A DNA stretch of 64,000 bases from an uncultured Chloroflexia bacterium. Its GTDB lineage: Bacteria; Chloroflexota; Limnocylindria; Limnocylindrales; CSP1-4. Positions 1 to 9,442 of this stretch are shown here, piece by piece; position 1 is the first letter of the stretch, and every line of letters begins with the position of its first letter. Position numbers and translations under genes: made by a program. The notes under the pieces were generated by a model. It had not been told where the DNA came from and did not search any database. It was given only the letters and a program-made list of their open reading frames with translations. The stretch is from positions 37,053 to 101,052 of the forward strand of contig CAVVPT010000007.1 of the NCBI GenBank assembly GCA_963750125.1, in the 5' to 3' direction.

Positions 1-285
1 GACGAGCCCTCGAACTCGTCCGTCGCCGCGATCGTCCCGCGCGATTCGGGCGATCGCTGGAAGTGCGAAGGCCGCAGTCTTGCCCGTGCCCGTTGGCGCT
101 TCCGCGAGGACGTCGCGACCCTCGAGGAGGGGCGGGATCGCTTGCCGCTGGACCGGCGTCGGCTCCTCGTAGCCCAGCTCACCAAGCGTGGCAACCAGCG
201 CCGGGTCGATCCCCAGGGCGTCGAATTCAGACTCTCCGGCAGAGATGGCTGGTTCGCCTCGATCCGCCACTGGGCTGTCGGTCAT
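1..285 (-). CDS. DEAD-box ATP-dependent RNA helicase, N-terminal part only (the gene continues beyond the left edge)
   Basis: Absent from the ORF track because it has no stop in the window. Reverse-strand translation from the ATG at 285..283 reads MTDSPVADRGEPAISAGESEFDALGIDPALVATLGELGYEEPTPVQRQAIPPLLEGRDVLAEAPTGTGKTAAFALP. This contains the Q-motif (GYEEPTPVQ) and motif I (AxxGTGKT). Confidence 0.8.
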   Translation of the reverse strand, partial: MTDSPVADRGEPAISAGESEFDALGIDPALVATLGELGYEEPTPVQRQAIPPLLEGRDVLAEAPTGTGKTAAFALPAIARIARDDRGDGRVRGLV

Positions 286-408
286 AGCGGCCATCCTCCC
301 ATGCCCGCGTCACGTCGTCCCGTGACGGGCGGTAATGGCATGACTCTCATACTGGTTTGGCCCGGGCGCCGCGACTCGCTGCACCGGTCCACGACAGGGG
401 GACCCGAA

Positions 409-1038
409 ATGTCGCTCTCGCCACTCTCCAGATTTGCCATGCCGCTCGCGATCGTCGCCGGCGCCCTGGTCATCGTCACGCGCCTAGTGGTCATGCTGAC
501 CGTGCCGACGGAGATCGAGGCGCTCAAGGCCTACGTCCTCACGACCACGCACGCTGTCAACAGCATCCTTTCCATCGTGGCTTTCGCGTTGCTCGCAGTT
601 GCCCTGGTGGCCGTCTACGAGCTCGAAGCACGTGAGGCCCGCCTGGCGGGCGCCATTGGCGTGGCGGCAGCGATCGTCGGCACCGTGTTCATGGCGGGGG
701 ACTGGTGGTACGAGGCCTTCGCGGTTCCTCGGCTCGCGGAGGTCGCTCCCGACGCGATCGACTCGTTCGTCGGCGGCAGGCTGCTCGCAGGTGGACTCTT
801 GAGCTTCATCCTCTTCGGTATCGGCTGGCTGCTGTTCGGCATCGCCAGCCAGCGCGCTCACGTCTTTCCCGGGGCGACATCGATTGCGATCGTGATCGGG
901 GGCATCCTGTCGGGCGTGCCCATCGGTCCCGCCTACCTGAGTGGCGGGGTCATCCTCGGGATCGCGTTCGTGGCGCTCGGCGCCTGGCTGCTGGGGACGT
1001 CGTCGAGCGAAAGCGGGGTCGCCGCGCCAGCTGCATGA
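409..1038 (+). CDS. polytopic membrane protein, function unknown
   Basis: Internal ATG at 409 in ORF 142..1038, preceded by GGGGGA. From MSLSPLSRFAMPLAIVAGALVIV onward there are several hydrophobic helices and high GC3. No family motif recognised. Confidence 0.6.
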   Translation: MSLSPLSRFAMPLAIVAGALVIVTRLVVMLTVPTEIEALKAYVLTTTHAVNSILSIVAFALLAVALVAVYELEAREARLAGAIGVAAAIVGTVFMAGDWWYEAFAVPRLAEVAPDAIDSFVGGRLLAGGLLSFILFGIGWLLFGIASQRAHVFPGATSIAIVIGGILSGVPIGPAYLSGGVILGIAFVALGAWLLGTSSSESGVAAPAA

Positions 1039-1053
1039 CAGGTGGCCACGACG

Positions 1054-1815
1054 TCAGACGCGGCCGAGGACGAGGCTGGAAACGATGATGATGCCCAGCG
1101 TGTTGAGCGTGCAGTGGACGACCATGCCGAGGTAGACGTTCTCCTTCCAGCGCACGGCATAGACCGTCGGGCCGAACCCCAGGATCCTGCCGACGATCTG
1201 CCACGGCGACCAGAAGTGGTAGAGGGAGAAGAGGCTGACATTGACGAGCGGCGCCCAACGCCCCATCCACTCCATTCTCGGCAACAGGTAGCCGCGGAAG
1301 TACAGCTCTTCGACGATCGGCCCGGCGAACCCGTTCAGGACGAAGTACGCGGCAAGCGTCACGAGCCACACCTCGCGGCTGTAGTCGCCGACTCGGTCGG
1401 GATCGAGCGGGCGCACGAACCAGTCAGGCAGCCAGCCGAACAGGCCGTCGATGACAGCGGGCTCGAAGGCCATTGACAGGCCGAAGCCGATGAAGCCGGC
1501 GACGATCAGCACCGGTACCAGCCAGAGCCAGTCGAGGATGGGCATGGGTCGGCGGTACGGGACGACCGAGCGGATCGGCTGCGGGTTGCCCCGGCCGGCT
1601 CGGAGCAGGACGCCGAGTTCGATCGGCAGGAGCACGACCAGGATCGCGATCAGCAATGCGGCGATCGGCGGGAACCCTGCGCGCTCGACGACCGGGGCGA
1701 GCACGACGAAGGCGACCGTCATGAGCGCGCCCGGGACGAGGAAGAGCGCCAGCAGCGTCGGCAGCCGGAGCTGCTCGACGTCTCGGGTCGGCGGGGCCGC
1801 TTCGCTCAGGCTCAC
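1054..1815 (-). CDS. CPBP family (CAAX/Abi-type) intramembrane metalloprotease
   Basis: 253 aa multi-TM protein with EELYFRGYL (the EExxxR motif), FSLYHFW and a VVHCTLN histidine motif. Confidence 0.8.
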   Translation of the reverse strand: MSLSEAAPPTRDVEQLRLPTLLALFLVPGALMTVAFVVLAPVVERAGFPPIAALLIAILVVLLPIELGVLLRAGRGNPQPIRSVVPYRRPMPILDWLWLVPVLIVAGFIGFGLSMAFEPAVIDGLFGWLPDWFVRPLDPDRVGDYSREVWLVTLAAYFVLNGFAGPIVEELYFRGYLLPRMEWMGRWAPLVNVSLFSLYHFWSPWQIVGRILGFGPTVYAVRWKENVYLGMVVHCTLNTLGIIIVSSLVLGRV

Positions 1816-1918
1816 CTCCGCGCATCGTACAGGTCAGGAACGGCTCCGACGCATGGCGTAGGCTGATCTTCCGAGCCACCCGCGTGGAGCCGCGGCGGCC
1901 CGTGCGGAGGATGCTCTG

Positions 1919-2713
1919 ATGACCACCGCCGCCCGCCATTCGCTCACGGCGACGATCGCGAGTCATTCGATTACGGCGTACGTCGTCATTGCCTACGCCG
2001 TGAGCTGGACCCTGACGCTTCTGCTGTCGGTGTCCCTCGTCTTCGGGCTGCTCGCGTTGGCCGGACCGACAATCGCAGCGGTTGTCGTCACACGGAGCGA
2101 GGGCTCGTTCGCCGAGCTCCGAGAGCGGATCACGGCGTGGCGGCAGCCGATCGGCTGGTACGCCCTCGCATTCGGCATTCCGTTTGCTGTCGCCGCTGTT
2201 GCGCGGCTCCTTCTCAGCCTGGCCGGCCAGGCGCCGGACGGGATCGGCGCGATCAGCGCCATCGAGCTCGTCCTCTTCGTCCTCATCATTGGGGAGGAAA
2301 TCGGCTGGCGTGGGTTCCTGCAGCCGAAGCTGAGGGCGGCCGGCATGGGATTGGCTGTCGCCGGCCTGACAACCGGGGTCATCTGGGCCTTCTGGCACCT
2401 CGCGCTGTACGGCCCGGAGGGTCTCCTGTTCTTCCTGCAGTTCGCGTCGTGGGTCGTGCCTCTCGCGATCGCGATGGGTGTCGTCGTCGAGGGTGCCCGC
2501 TTCAGCGTCATCGTGGCGGTCGTGATGCACGGGTCCGCGAACATCGCGATCCCCATCCTCCTGCCGGACGTGGATCGCGAAACGTGGCTGGTCGTCACGG
2601 GTGCCGTGTACTGGATTGCGGCGGTGGCACTGGTCCTCGCGGCGCGGACTCGCCCCGAGTTCGGAGCCCGCCGACGAGCGGACGACGCTCGTCAGCTCAC
2701 GCTGATCCCGTAA
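1919..2713 (+). CDS. CPBP family intramembrane metalloprotease (second copy, divergent)
   Basis: 264 aa multi-TM protein with GEEIGWRGFL, FWHLALY and VMHGSANI motifs. Confidence 0.8.
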   Translation: MTTAARHSLTATIASHSITAYVVIAYAVSWTLTLLLSVSLVFGLLALAGPTIAAVVVTRSEGSFAELRERITAWRQPIGWYALAFGIPFAVAAVARLLLSLAGQAPDGIGAISAIELVLFVLIIGEEIGWRGFLQPKLRAAGMGLAVAGLTTGVIWAFWHLALYGPEGLLFFLQFASWVVPLAIAMGVVVEGARFSVIVAVVMHGSANIAIPILLPDVDRETWLVVTGAVYWIAAVALVLAARTRPEFGARRRADDARQLTLIP

Positions 2714-2784
2714 CGCTTCGGGCCCTTGCGCGTTTCGATAGTGGGCACATCAAGGGACCGATGCACCCGGCGTAGAGGGGTGCG

Positions 2785-3375
2785 ATGCCCATGATCCGCG
2801 CGATCGTTGCCGAGGGGACGACCCCGGCCGAGACCGTTGCGATCGGCCTGATCATCGCGGCGAAGTTCGCGCTTCCGCTGCTGATCGTCCCGTTCCCGTT
2901 CGCGGCCGGCTGGGCGAACTTCTTCCTCGACGCCTTCGACGGCGACTGGCTCATCCCGCTGGGCCTGCCGAACGAGACATACCAGCCCGTCGACAAGATC
3001 ACCGACTGGGTGACGTACGTCGCGATCGTCGTCGTGGCCTTCCGCAATGACTGGCCGACGAAGCGGCTGATGTTCGGGCTGTTCCTGTTCCGTTCGATCG
3101 GCCAGGTCGGCTTCCTGGTGACCGGCAACGAACTGCTCCTCGCCTTCTTCCCGAACTTCCTCGAGCCACTCTTCCTCGTCACCGTCACGATCCTGGCCTT
3201 CGAGCGCGTCATCCGCCACTACCCCGACTGGCAGGAACGCGGCTTCGCCATCTTGTACCGCTACCGCTGGCTGATCGGCACGTTCATCGTGATCTACAAG
3301 CTCCAGGACGAGTGGATCACCCACGTCGGCAACATCGACCGCACCGAGTTCCTCGAGCAACTCTTCGGCGGCTAG
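2785..3375 (+). CDS. membrane protein, function unknown
   Basis: 196 aa ORF with 4-5 hydrophobic segments and coding-like GC3. No recognised motif. Confidence 0.5.
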   Translation: MPMIRAIVAEGTTPAETVAIGLIIAAKFALPLLIVPFPFAAGWANFFLDAFDGDWLIPLGLPNETYQPVDKITDWVTYVAIVVVAFRNDWPTKRLMFGLFLFRSIGQVGFLVTGNELLLAFFPNFLEPLFLVTVTILAFERVIRHYPDWQERGFAILYRYRWLIGTFIVIYKLQDEWITHVGNIDRTEFLEQLFGG

Positions 3376-3938
3376 GGCTGAGCTGTGGCGAGGCGATAGC
3401 TGAGCTGCACGACACCCGACGGAAACGTCGTCGTGGCGATGAGCTCCAGCGGGACCGGGCCGATGTCGTCGAAGATCCGTGGCCCGGTAGCCCACAGGTA
3501 GGGACTCACCGCGAACCAGACCTCGTCGACGAGGCCCTGACGAATGAGTGCGTGGGCCAGCTCGCCCCCGCCGCTGACGATCAGGTTGCCGCTGTGCTTG
3601 TCCTTGAGGTTGGTCACGCTGCTGGACAGGTCGCCCTGGAGCAGGGTGGCGTTCCACTCCAACGGTTCCCGGAGCGTCCGGGACGCGACGTACTTGGTCA
3701 TGCTGTTCATCTGATCCGCGAAGGTCTCGTATCCGGGGACCTCTGCCAGCTGTGGCCAGGCAACCGCCAGTCCTTCATAGGTCTTGCGCCCCAGCACCAT
3801 CGCGTCGGCTGCTCGCCATGTCTGGAGCCAGGTGTGCTGGATGTCGGGGTCGAGGACGAGCCAGCCATCGGGCGCGGGCACCGGCGCCTCGAAGGCGCCG
3901 TTGATGGTCATGGAGTTGCTGATGATCAGGCGTCCCAC
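3372..3938 (-). CDS. dihydrofolate reductase family protein (RibD C-terminal domain-like)
   Basis: 188 aa. MGRLIISNSMTINGAFE, MVLGRKTYE and NLIVSGGGELAHALIRQGLVDEV are typical of the RibD_C/YwjB-like reductase fold. Confidence 0.75.
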   Translation of the reverse strand: MGRLIISNSMTINGAFEAPVPAPDGWLVLDPDIQHTWLQTWRAADAMVLGRKTYEGLAVAWPQLAEVPGYETFADQMNSMTKYVASRTLREPLEWNATLLQGDLSSSVTNLKDKHSGNLIVSGGGELAHALIRQGLVDEVWFAVSPYLWATGPRIFDDIGPVPLELIATTTFPSGVVQLSYRLATAQP

Positions 3939-4169
3939 GGAAAGCTCCTCGTCAAGCTACTAGCCGCTCAGGCGTAGACGAGTTTCTAACGGACCAGCGA
4001 AGAGAAACTCATCGCTCTTGCGCTGCCCGGCAAGCCGACGCCGCCGAGCGACCGACATCGGCCGGCAGGGGCATGATGTGCCGGATGGTCCGTGCCGCGA
4101 CGGCACGCCCGGTCGCCATGGATTCCAGGAGAGGACTTAGCGGTCTTGGCGTCACACACAACAGGTCCC

Positions 4170-7100
4170 ATGGCGCAGCAGGCGACGGACGGACCGCCGA
4201 CGACACCCCGCGACGAACCACTGACGTTCCTCTTCACGGACGTCGAGGGCAGCACCCGCCTGTGGGAGGCGAACACCGAGACGATGCGGTCGGCCCTCGA
4301 ACGGCATGACGCGATCATCAGGTCCGCGATCACCAATTCGGGCGGCGAGGTCGTCAAGACGACTGGCGACGGACTGATGGCCGTCTTTTCCGTTCCCGTC
4401 AGCGCCGTGACGGCCGCGGTCGCCGCTCAACGCGGGCTGTTCGCGGAGACGTGGCCGCACGGCTGCGCAATTCGAGTGCGGATGGGGATCCATACCGGCG
4501 AGGTGGAGTCGCGAGGCGGTGACTTCTTTGGGCCCGCGGTGAACCGGACGGCGCGGATCATGTCGGCCGGTCACGGCGGCCAGGTCCTGCTGTCCGAGGC
4601 GACCGCAGGCTTCGTCGAGGATCGCCTCCCCGCCGGCGCCACGCTTCGCGACCTCGGGGAACATCGACTGAAGGACCTCGGGCGGTCGCAGCGTCTCTTC
4701 CAGCTTGCCCAGTCGGGGCTGCCGGCTGAGTTCGCTCCGCTATCGACCCTCGACCTCCGGCCGAACAACCTTCCGACCGAGACATCCGCGTTCGTCGGCC
4801 GCGACGCGGAGCTCCGCGCCATTCGCGAGCAACTCGACGACAAGGACGTCCGGCTCGTCACGTTGACCGGTCCCGGTGGCAGCGGCAAGACCCGGCTCGC
4901 CATCCGCGCCGCCGCCGATCAGATCGACCGGTTCACCGACGGCGTCTACTTCGTCGAACTCGTCACGGCAACCGACAGTGACGCTGTGCTCGCCCTGATC
5001 GCGACCGCGATCGGCCTCGGCGACGCCGCCGAGCGCTCTCCGCTCGACGAGCTGCGCCGCCAGCTTCGCGCGCAGCAAGTCCTGATCGTCCTCGACAACT
5101 TCGAGCAGGTGACGGTTGCCGCGCCAACGCTCGTCGGGATGCTCGCCGACTGCCCGGGCCTGAAAGTGCTCGTGACGAGTCGCCAGGCGCTGCGCGTGCG
5201 AGGCGAGCACGTGGTGTCGGTTCCACCGCTTTCGCTCCCAGCGGCTGCGGCGGGCGCTTCGGCCGACGACCTCAGCCAGTTCGAGGCGATCCAGCTGTTC
5301 GTCGAGCGGGCTCGGGGCGTCCGGCCGGACTTCCGGCTCACCGACGACAACGCCGCCGCGGTCGCCGAGATCTGCCGCCGCCTCGACGGGCTCCCCCTTG
5401 CAATCGAGCTCGCGACCGCCCGCCTCAACCTCTTCTCGCCCGACGCGCTCCGGGATCGGCTCGCCGGCAGCTTCAAGGCGCTCGGGACCGGCGCACGCGA
5501 CCTGCCGGAGCGCCAGCAGACGCTTCGCGCCACGATCGAATGGAGCTACCAACTCCTGACGCCAGCCGAGCAGCGACTGTTCGAGCTCCTGTCAGTCTTC
5601 GCTGGGGCGTCGGTCGAAGGGGTCGAGGCGGTGGCGGCCGACCTGGACGACGCCGCCGGGACTGAGTTGAATGCCATCGACGGCCTGGGCTCGCTGCTCG
5701 ACAAGAGCCTGGTCCGCCATCTCGACGCGGCGGCCGGCGGCGACGAGCTGAGGGTCGTCATGCTCGAGACGATCAAGGCCTACGCCACGGCCCAGCTCGA
5801 CACGCGGGCGGAGTTCGCCGAGGCGGCTCGGGAGGCCCACGCCCGCTACTTCGCGGAGCTCGCGCGTGGCGCGACTACCCAGACGGCCGCCGCCGAGCTC
5901 GACAACCTCCGGATCGCCTGGGCGAACGCGGTCGGCCGGAAGGACATCACGCGACTGGCCGACGTGCGCGAGGCGCTGTGGCCGATCTACGAGTCGCGCG
6001 GCTGGTACCACGCGACGATCCAGCTCGCCGACGATCTCCTCGCGGTCCGGGCGTCGTCACCGGAGAGTGCCGACGACTGGCAGACCGAGCTAACGCTGAT
6101 GACGAGCCGCGCCAAGGCGATCACGCTCCTCCGTGGCTACACGGCCGAAGCGGAGGACGCCTACGCCGAGGCGCTTGCGCTCGTGAAGGAGCACGGCGAA
6201 CTGCCGCAGCTCTTCCCCGTCCTCCGCAACCTCGGAAGTTTTTACGGCTATCGCGGCGAGGTCGACAAGGCTAATGAGTACGCGACGGAGATCCTCAAGC
6301 TCGCCGACACCACCGACGATGCGGGCATGCGGGTCACCGGCTACACGTACCTCGGCGCGAATACCGGGTTCGCCGGGCGGCTCGAGCCCGGGCTCGGATA
6401 CCTCGACCAGGCGATCGCCACGTTCGAGAGCAGCGACTACGTGCCGCGCCGGCTGCGCCTGGGGCTGGACCCGCGGGTATCGTGCCTGACCACGTCAGGC
6501 TTCTTCCTCTGGCTCCTCGGCTACCCGGATCGCGCGGCGGAGCGAGCCGAGCGGGCGATCGCCGTCGCCACCGACCTCGACCATCCCTATTCGCTCGCGT
6601 ACGCCTACTACCACGCCGGGTTCCTTCATCTCTGGCGGCGCGAACCGGACGTCATCGCGGAGCGGGCGGAGCGCTCGCTGCGCGTGGCCGAAACGAGCGA
6701 CCTGCCGCTCTGGCGGGCGCTGGCGACCGTATTGCTGGGAGCGGCGACGAGCGCCCAAGGCCGGCCCGATGAGGGCATCCGCCGGATGGCCGACGGCCTC
6801 GATCAGTACCAGGGCCTGCGGACGCCGCCGGTCTTCTGGCCGATGATCCGCTGGATGCAGGCCGCGGCCCACGTCGACGCCGGAACGCCCGGCCCCGGCT
6901 TCCCGCTGATCGACGAGGCCCTCGAGATCGGCGGCAGCGACACGGTCCTCTCCCCGCTGTTCCACATCGTCCGCGGCGACCTGTCGCTGCTCGCCCCTGA
7001 CGCGGACCCGGCCGCGGCGACGGCCTCGTACGAGCGCGCCTTCGGTGTGGCGGAGAGTCTCGGCGCGCGGATGCCCCAGCTCCGAGCGGCTGCTCGGCTT

Positions 7101-7226
7101 GTCCGCACGGCGCCCGCGTCCGACCGGGCACGTCGGGTGGAGGCGCTCCGAGCGGTCCACGCGACCTTGACAGAAGGGTTCGAGACGCGTGATCTCGTCG
7201 AGGCCACCGAGCTCCTCGCGATCTGA
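4170..7226 (+). CDS. class III adenylate/guanylate cyclase fused to a STAND-type P-loop NTPase and a TPR array
   Basis: Cyclase motifs: FLFTDVEGSTRLWE, GDGLMAVF, RVRMGIHTGE, FGPAVNRTARI. Walker A is LTGPGGSGKTRLA and Walker B is VLIVLDNFEQV. The C-terminal half is long and helical-repeat/TPR-like. Start chosen at the internal ATG at 4170 (MAQQATDG); the track ORF begins at 4092. Confidence 0.85.
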   Translation: MAQQATDGPPTTPRDEPLTFLFTDVEGSTRLWEANTETMRSALERHDAIIRSAITNSGGEVVKTTGDGLMAVFSVPVSAVTAAVAAQRGLFAETWPHGCAIRVRMGIHTGEVESRGGDFFGPAVNRTARIMSAGHGGQVLLSEATAGFVEDRLPAGATLRDLGEHRLKDLGRSQRLFQLAQSGLPAEFAPLSTLDLRPNNLPTETSAFVGRDAELRAIREQLDDKDVRLVTLTGPGGSGKTRLAIRAAADQIDRFTDGVYFVELVTATDSDAVLALIATAIGLGDAAERSPLDELRRQLRAQQVLIVLDNFEQVTVAAPTLVGMLADCPGLKVLVTSRQALRVRGEHVVSVPPLSLPAAAAGASADDLSQFEAIQLFVERARGVRPDFRLTDDNAAAVAEICRRLDGLPLAIELATARLNLFSPDALRDRLAGSFKALGTGARDLPERQQTLRATIEWSYQLLTPAEQRLFELLSVFAGASVEGVEAVAADLDDAAGTELNAIDGLGSLLDKSLVRHLDAAAGGDELRVVMLETIKAYATAQLDTRAEFAEAAREAHARYFAELARGATTQTAAAELDNLRIAWANAVGRKDITRLADVREALWPIYESRGWYHATIQLADDLLAVRASSPESADDWQTELTLMTSRAKAITLLRGYTAEAEDAYAEALALVKEHGELPQLFPVLRNLGSFYGYRGEVDKANEYATEILKLADTTDDAGMRVTGYTYLGANTGFAGRLEPGLGYLDQAIATFESSDYVPRRLRLGLDPRVSCLTTSGFFLWLLGYPDRAAERAERAIAVATDLDHPYSLAYAYYHAGFLHLWRREPDVIAERAERSLRVAETSDLPLWRALATVLLGAATSAQGRPDEGIRRMADGLDQYQGLRTPPVFWPMIRWMQAAAHVDAGTPGPGFPLIDEALEIGGSDTVLSPLFHIVRGDLSLLAPDADPAAATASYERAFGVAESLGARMPQLRAAARLVRTAPASDRARRVEALRAVHATLTEGFETRDLVEATELLAI

Positions 7227-7244
7227 CCGAGGCTCGCTCTCGTC

Positions 7245-8291
7245 TCACGCAGCGAGAATCGGCCTCATCCGTTCCACCATGGCCGCCGCACACGCCTCGT
7301 CGAGGATGTGGCGGCAGCCAGCGAGCGTCTCCGCGCCGACCAGGTTCGGGAACAACTCGCGTGCTCGGGGCAGGATGCGCGCGGGCGGGAAGAGGGGATC
7401 GTGCTCGCCGGCGAGGACCATGACCGGCGCCGCGAGGCCGGCCAGCTCCTCGACCGTCGCGTTGCGCGGCATCTCGGTGTCGAGCCGCGTCCCGCGGAAG
7501 GCGAGCTCGGTCGACTCCACGACGAACGGATCAGGGTTCGGCCCGGCGAGCCGCCGGACCGTGGCCTCGACGAGACCCGGCCGCCGGATCGCGAGGAAGG
7601 AGACGTAGCCCGCGGCGAGCGCGAGCATCGAACCGAGCGGCACGTCAGCAATCCCGGCCGGCACCACGAGCGCCGCCCGCCCGATCCGCGCCGGCCGATG
7701 CGCCGCGAGACGAAGCAGGATGCCCGCGCCGTACGAGATGGCGACGAACGCGGGCGCCTCGAGCCCGAGCCCGTCGAGGACCTGCTCGCACCACTCGCCG
7801 AGGCTCGCGTCGTTCGCCGACACGCGTCTGCCACTGCTCTTACCCGGCTGTCCGATCGTGTCCGGCGCGTAGATTCGGAACGCGCCCGCGAGAGGCGTCA
7901 GCCACGCGAGCGTCAGCGGATTGACGACGTTGCCACCCTGCAGCGCGAAGAGCGGCGGCGCACCCTCCGGCCCGGCAACCAGAACGTGGGTCGAGCCGAA
8001 CGTCGTCTCGACCCGCCGCGACTCGGTCGGGAACGCCAGTCGGACGAGCGCACGGTCATAGAGCGCCTCGATCGCAGCGCGCGCCGCGTCGGACTTGTAG
8101 ATCGAGTCTGGCTCCAACCGTCCCCTCCCGCGCCCACCGTCCCTCGGCGCTGTCACCCAAGCGTACGGGTCTGCGAAGACGGCCGCCGCTCGATCGGGTC
8201 TTCGGGTTGGCGCAAGCGCCGGCCGTGGCCAGCGTGCGCGGTCGAGCAGCATGACGTTTGACGCCGATGCGGGCAGTGACTCTGCGTTCAC
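7245..8291 (-). CDS. alpha/beta hydrolase
   Basis: 348 aa. HVLVAGPEGAPPLFALQGG, a nucleophile-elbow-like AISYGAG, and a C-terminal GCRHIL histidine. The start is uncertain (GTG at 8291 or ATG at 8252). Confidence 0.7.
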   Translation of the reverse strand: MNAESLPASASNVMLLDRARWPRPALAPTRRPDRAAAVFADPYAWVTAPRDGGRGRGRLEPDSIYKSDAARAAIEALYDRALVRLAFPTESRRVETTFGSTHVLVAGPEGAPPLFALQGGNVVNPLTLAWLTPLAGAFRIYAPDTIGQPGKSSGRRVSANDASLGEWCEQVLDGLGLEAPAFVAISYGAGILLRLAAHRPARIGRAALVVPAGIADVPLGSMLALAAGYVSFLAIRRPGLVEATVRRLAGPNPDPFVVESTELAFRGTRLDTEMPRNATVEELAGLAAPVMVLAGEHDPLFPPARILPRARELFPNLVGAETLAGCRHILDEACAAAMVERMRPILAA

Positions 8292-8381
8292 CCTCTCCGG
8301 ACATGGACCGCATCGCCCTTCTCGACAACTACCGAACCGGGTCCGCGGGGCGCGGCAGGGCGCCCCAACGACCCCGTAGGG

Positions 8382-8729
8382 CTACCTGGCCCCGTTTTCG
8401 CGCATAACGTGCTCGTGGAGCGCGGCGCCCACGGCGCCGGCCGGCGCATCGGCGGCTGCGCCGTTTTCGCGCATGACGTGCTCGTGGAGCGCGGCGCCCA
8501 CGGCGCCGGCCGGCGCAGCAGGGGCGGCGGCGTACTCGCGCAGGACGTGCGCCCGGAGGGCAGCGGTCGAGTCGAACACCTGGGCCGACCGGTCGCCAGT
8601 CGCGAACCATCCGGTCGCGGCCAACGCGAGCGCGGCCCCGAGCACGAATGCCATGAGGGCCCCCGCGCCGAGCGCGAGGATCCGGCCGATCGAAACCCTT
8701 GTCGAAACCGTGGTGGCTGTTGCCTGCAT
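8382..8729 (-). CDS. small single-pass membrane protein with tandem 23-aa repeats carrying an HEH motif
   Basis: 115 aa. AAGGGG lies 7 nt upstream of the ATG. One TM helix (ILALGAGALMAFVLGAALALAA). The C-terminus contains repeated AALHEHVMRENGA units. GC3 is high. Confidence 0.6.
   Translation of the reverse strand: MQATATTVSTRVSIGRILALGAGALMAFVLGAALALAATGWFATGDRSAQVFDSTAALRAHVLREYAAAPAAPAGAVGAALHEHVMRENGAAADAPAGAVGAALHEHVMRENGAR
8392..8529. repeat. 69 bp tandem duplication inside the small membrane protein gene
   Basis: 8392-8460 and 8461-8529 share 56 of their first 57 nt (ccgttttcgcgcat[a/g]acgtgctcgtggagcgcggcgcccacggcgccggccggcgca). A third, diverged partial unit follows at about 8530-8570. 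Confidence 0.85.
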
Positions 8730-8872
8730 GGTCCGTACCCCTTTCCAGCTCTAGGCGGTTTGCCTGCTGGATTGGGGGCCGGTATCGCCGAACTTTTCAG
8801 CGTGAAAGATATGTGCGCTCGCGCTCCCATACAGGTAGAGGGCGTCTATCGTGGACGCTATCGGGCTGGAGG

Positions 8873-9442
8873 ATGAGGGGTTTGGATCGAGCCCTGGTGG
8901 ATCGAGCTCGCGCGGGAGACCGGGAGGCCTACGAACGCCTCGCCCGGGGGGTCGGCCCCGGACTGTTCCAGGTCGCGTACCGGATCCTCCGCGATCTCGA
9001 TAGCGCAGAGGACGCGGTCCAGCGCGCACTCGTCGCCATCTGGCACGACCTGCCGAAGCTTCGCGACCCGGATCGATTCGAAGCGTGGGCCTACCGCGTG
9101 GTCACGAGAACGTCACTCGACGAGGCGCGTCAGCGGCGACGTCACGGTCTCGTTCGCGAAACGGTGCCGGTGGAGCCGAGCGAGCCGGACGCATCTCGCG
9201 CGGTGGTCATCCGCGACGAGCTCGGGCGCGCCTTCGACGACCTGCGCCCCGAGCACCGCGCCGTCGTCGTACTCCACTACTACGTCGGCCTGCCGCTCGC
9301 GGAGATCGCCGAGATCCTCGGCATCCCGTACGGCACCGTCGGGTCTCGATTGCACTACGCGCTGCAGCGCATGCGGACCTCGCTCGGGAATGACGACGAC
9401 AGCGTTGAACGTCGCCCGGCCGCTGGGGAGGTCGTCCGATGA
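8873..9442 (+). CDS. ECF-type RNA polymerase sigma factor
   Basis: ATG at 8873 preceded by GGAGG. Region 2 is DAVQRALVAIWHDLPKLRDPDRFEAWAYRVV. Region 4 is the HTH LPLAEIAEILGIPYGTVGSRLHYALQRMR. Confidence 0.85.
   Translation: MRGLDRALVDRARAGDREAYERLARGVGPGLFQVAYRILRDLDSAEDAVQRALVAIWHDLPKLRDPDRFEAWAYRVVTRTSLDEARQRRRHGLVRETVPVEPSEPDASRAVVIRDELGRAFDDLRPEHRAVVVLHYYVGLPLAEIAEILGIPYGTVGSRLHYALQRMRTSLGNDDDSVERRPAAGEVVR

Noticed and set aside
8392-8570. Direct repeats that might be a mini CRISPR array.
   Set aside because: The units are contiguous with no spacers. There are only two to three of them, and they lie in frame inside a coding sequence.
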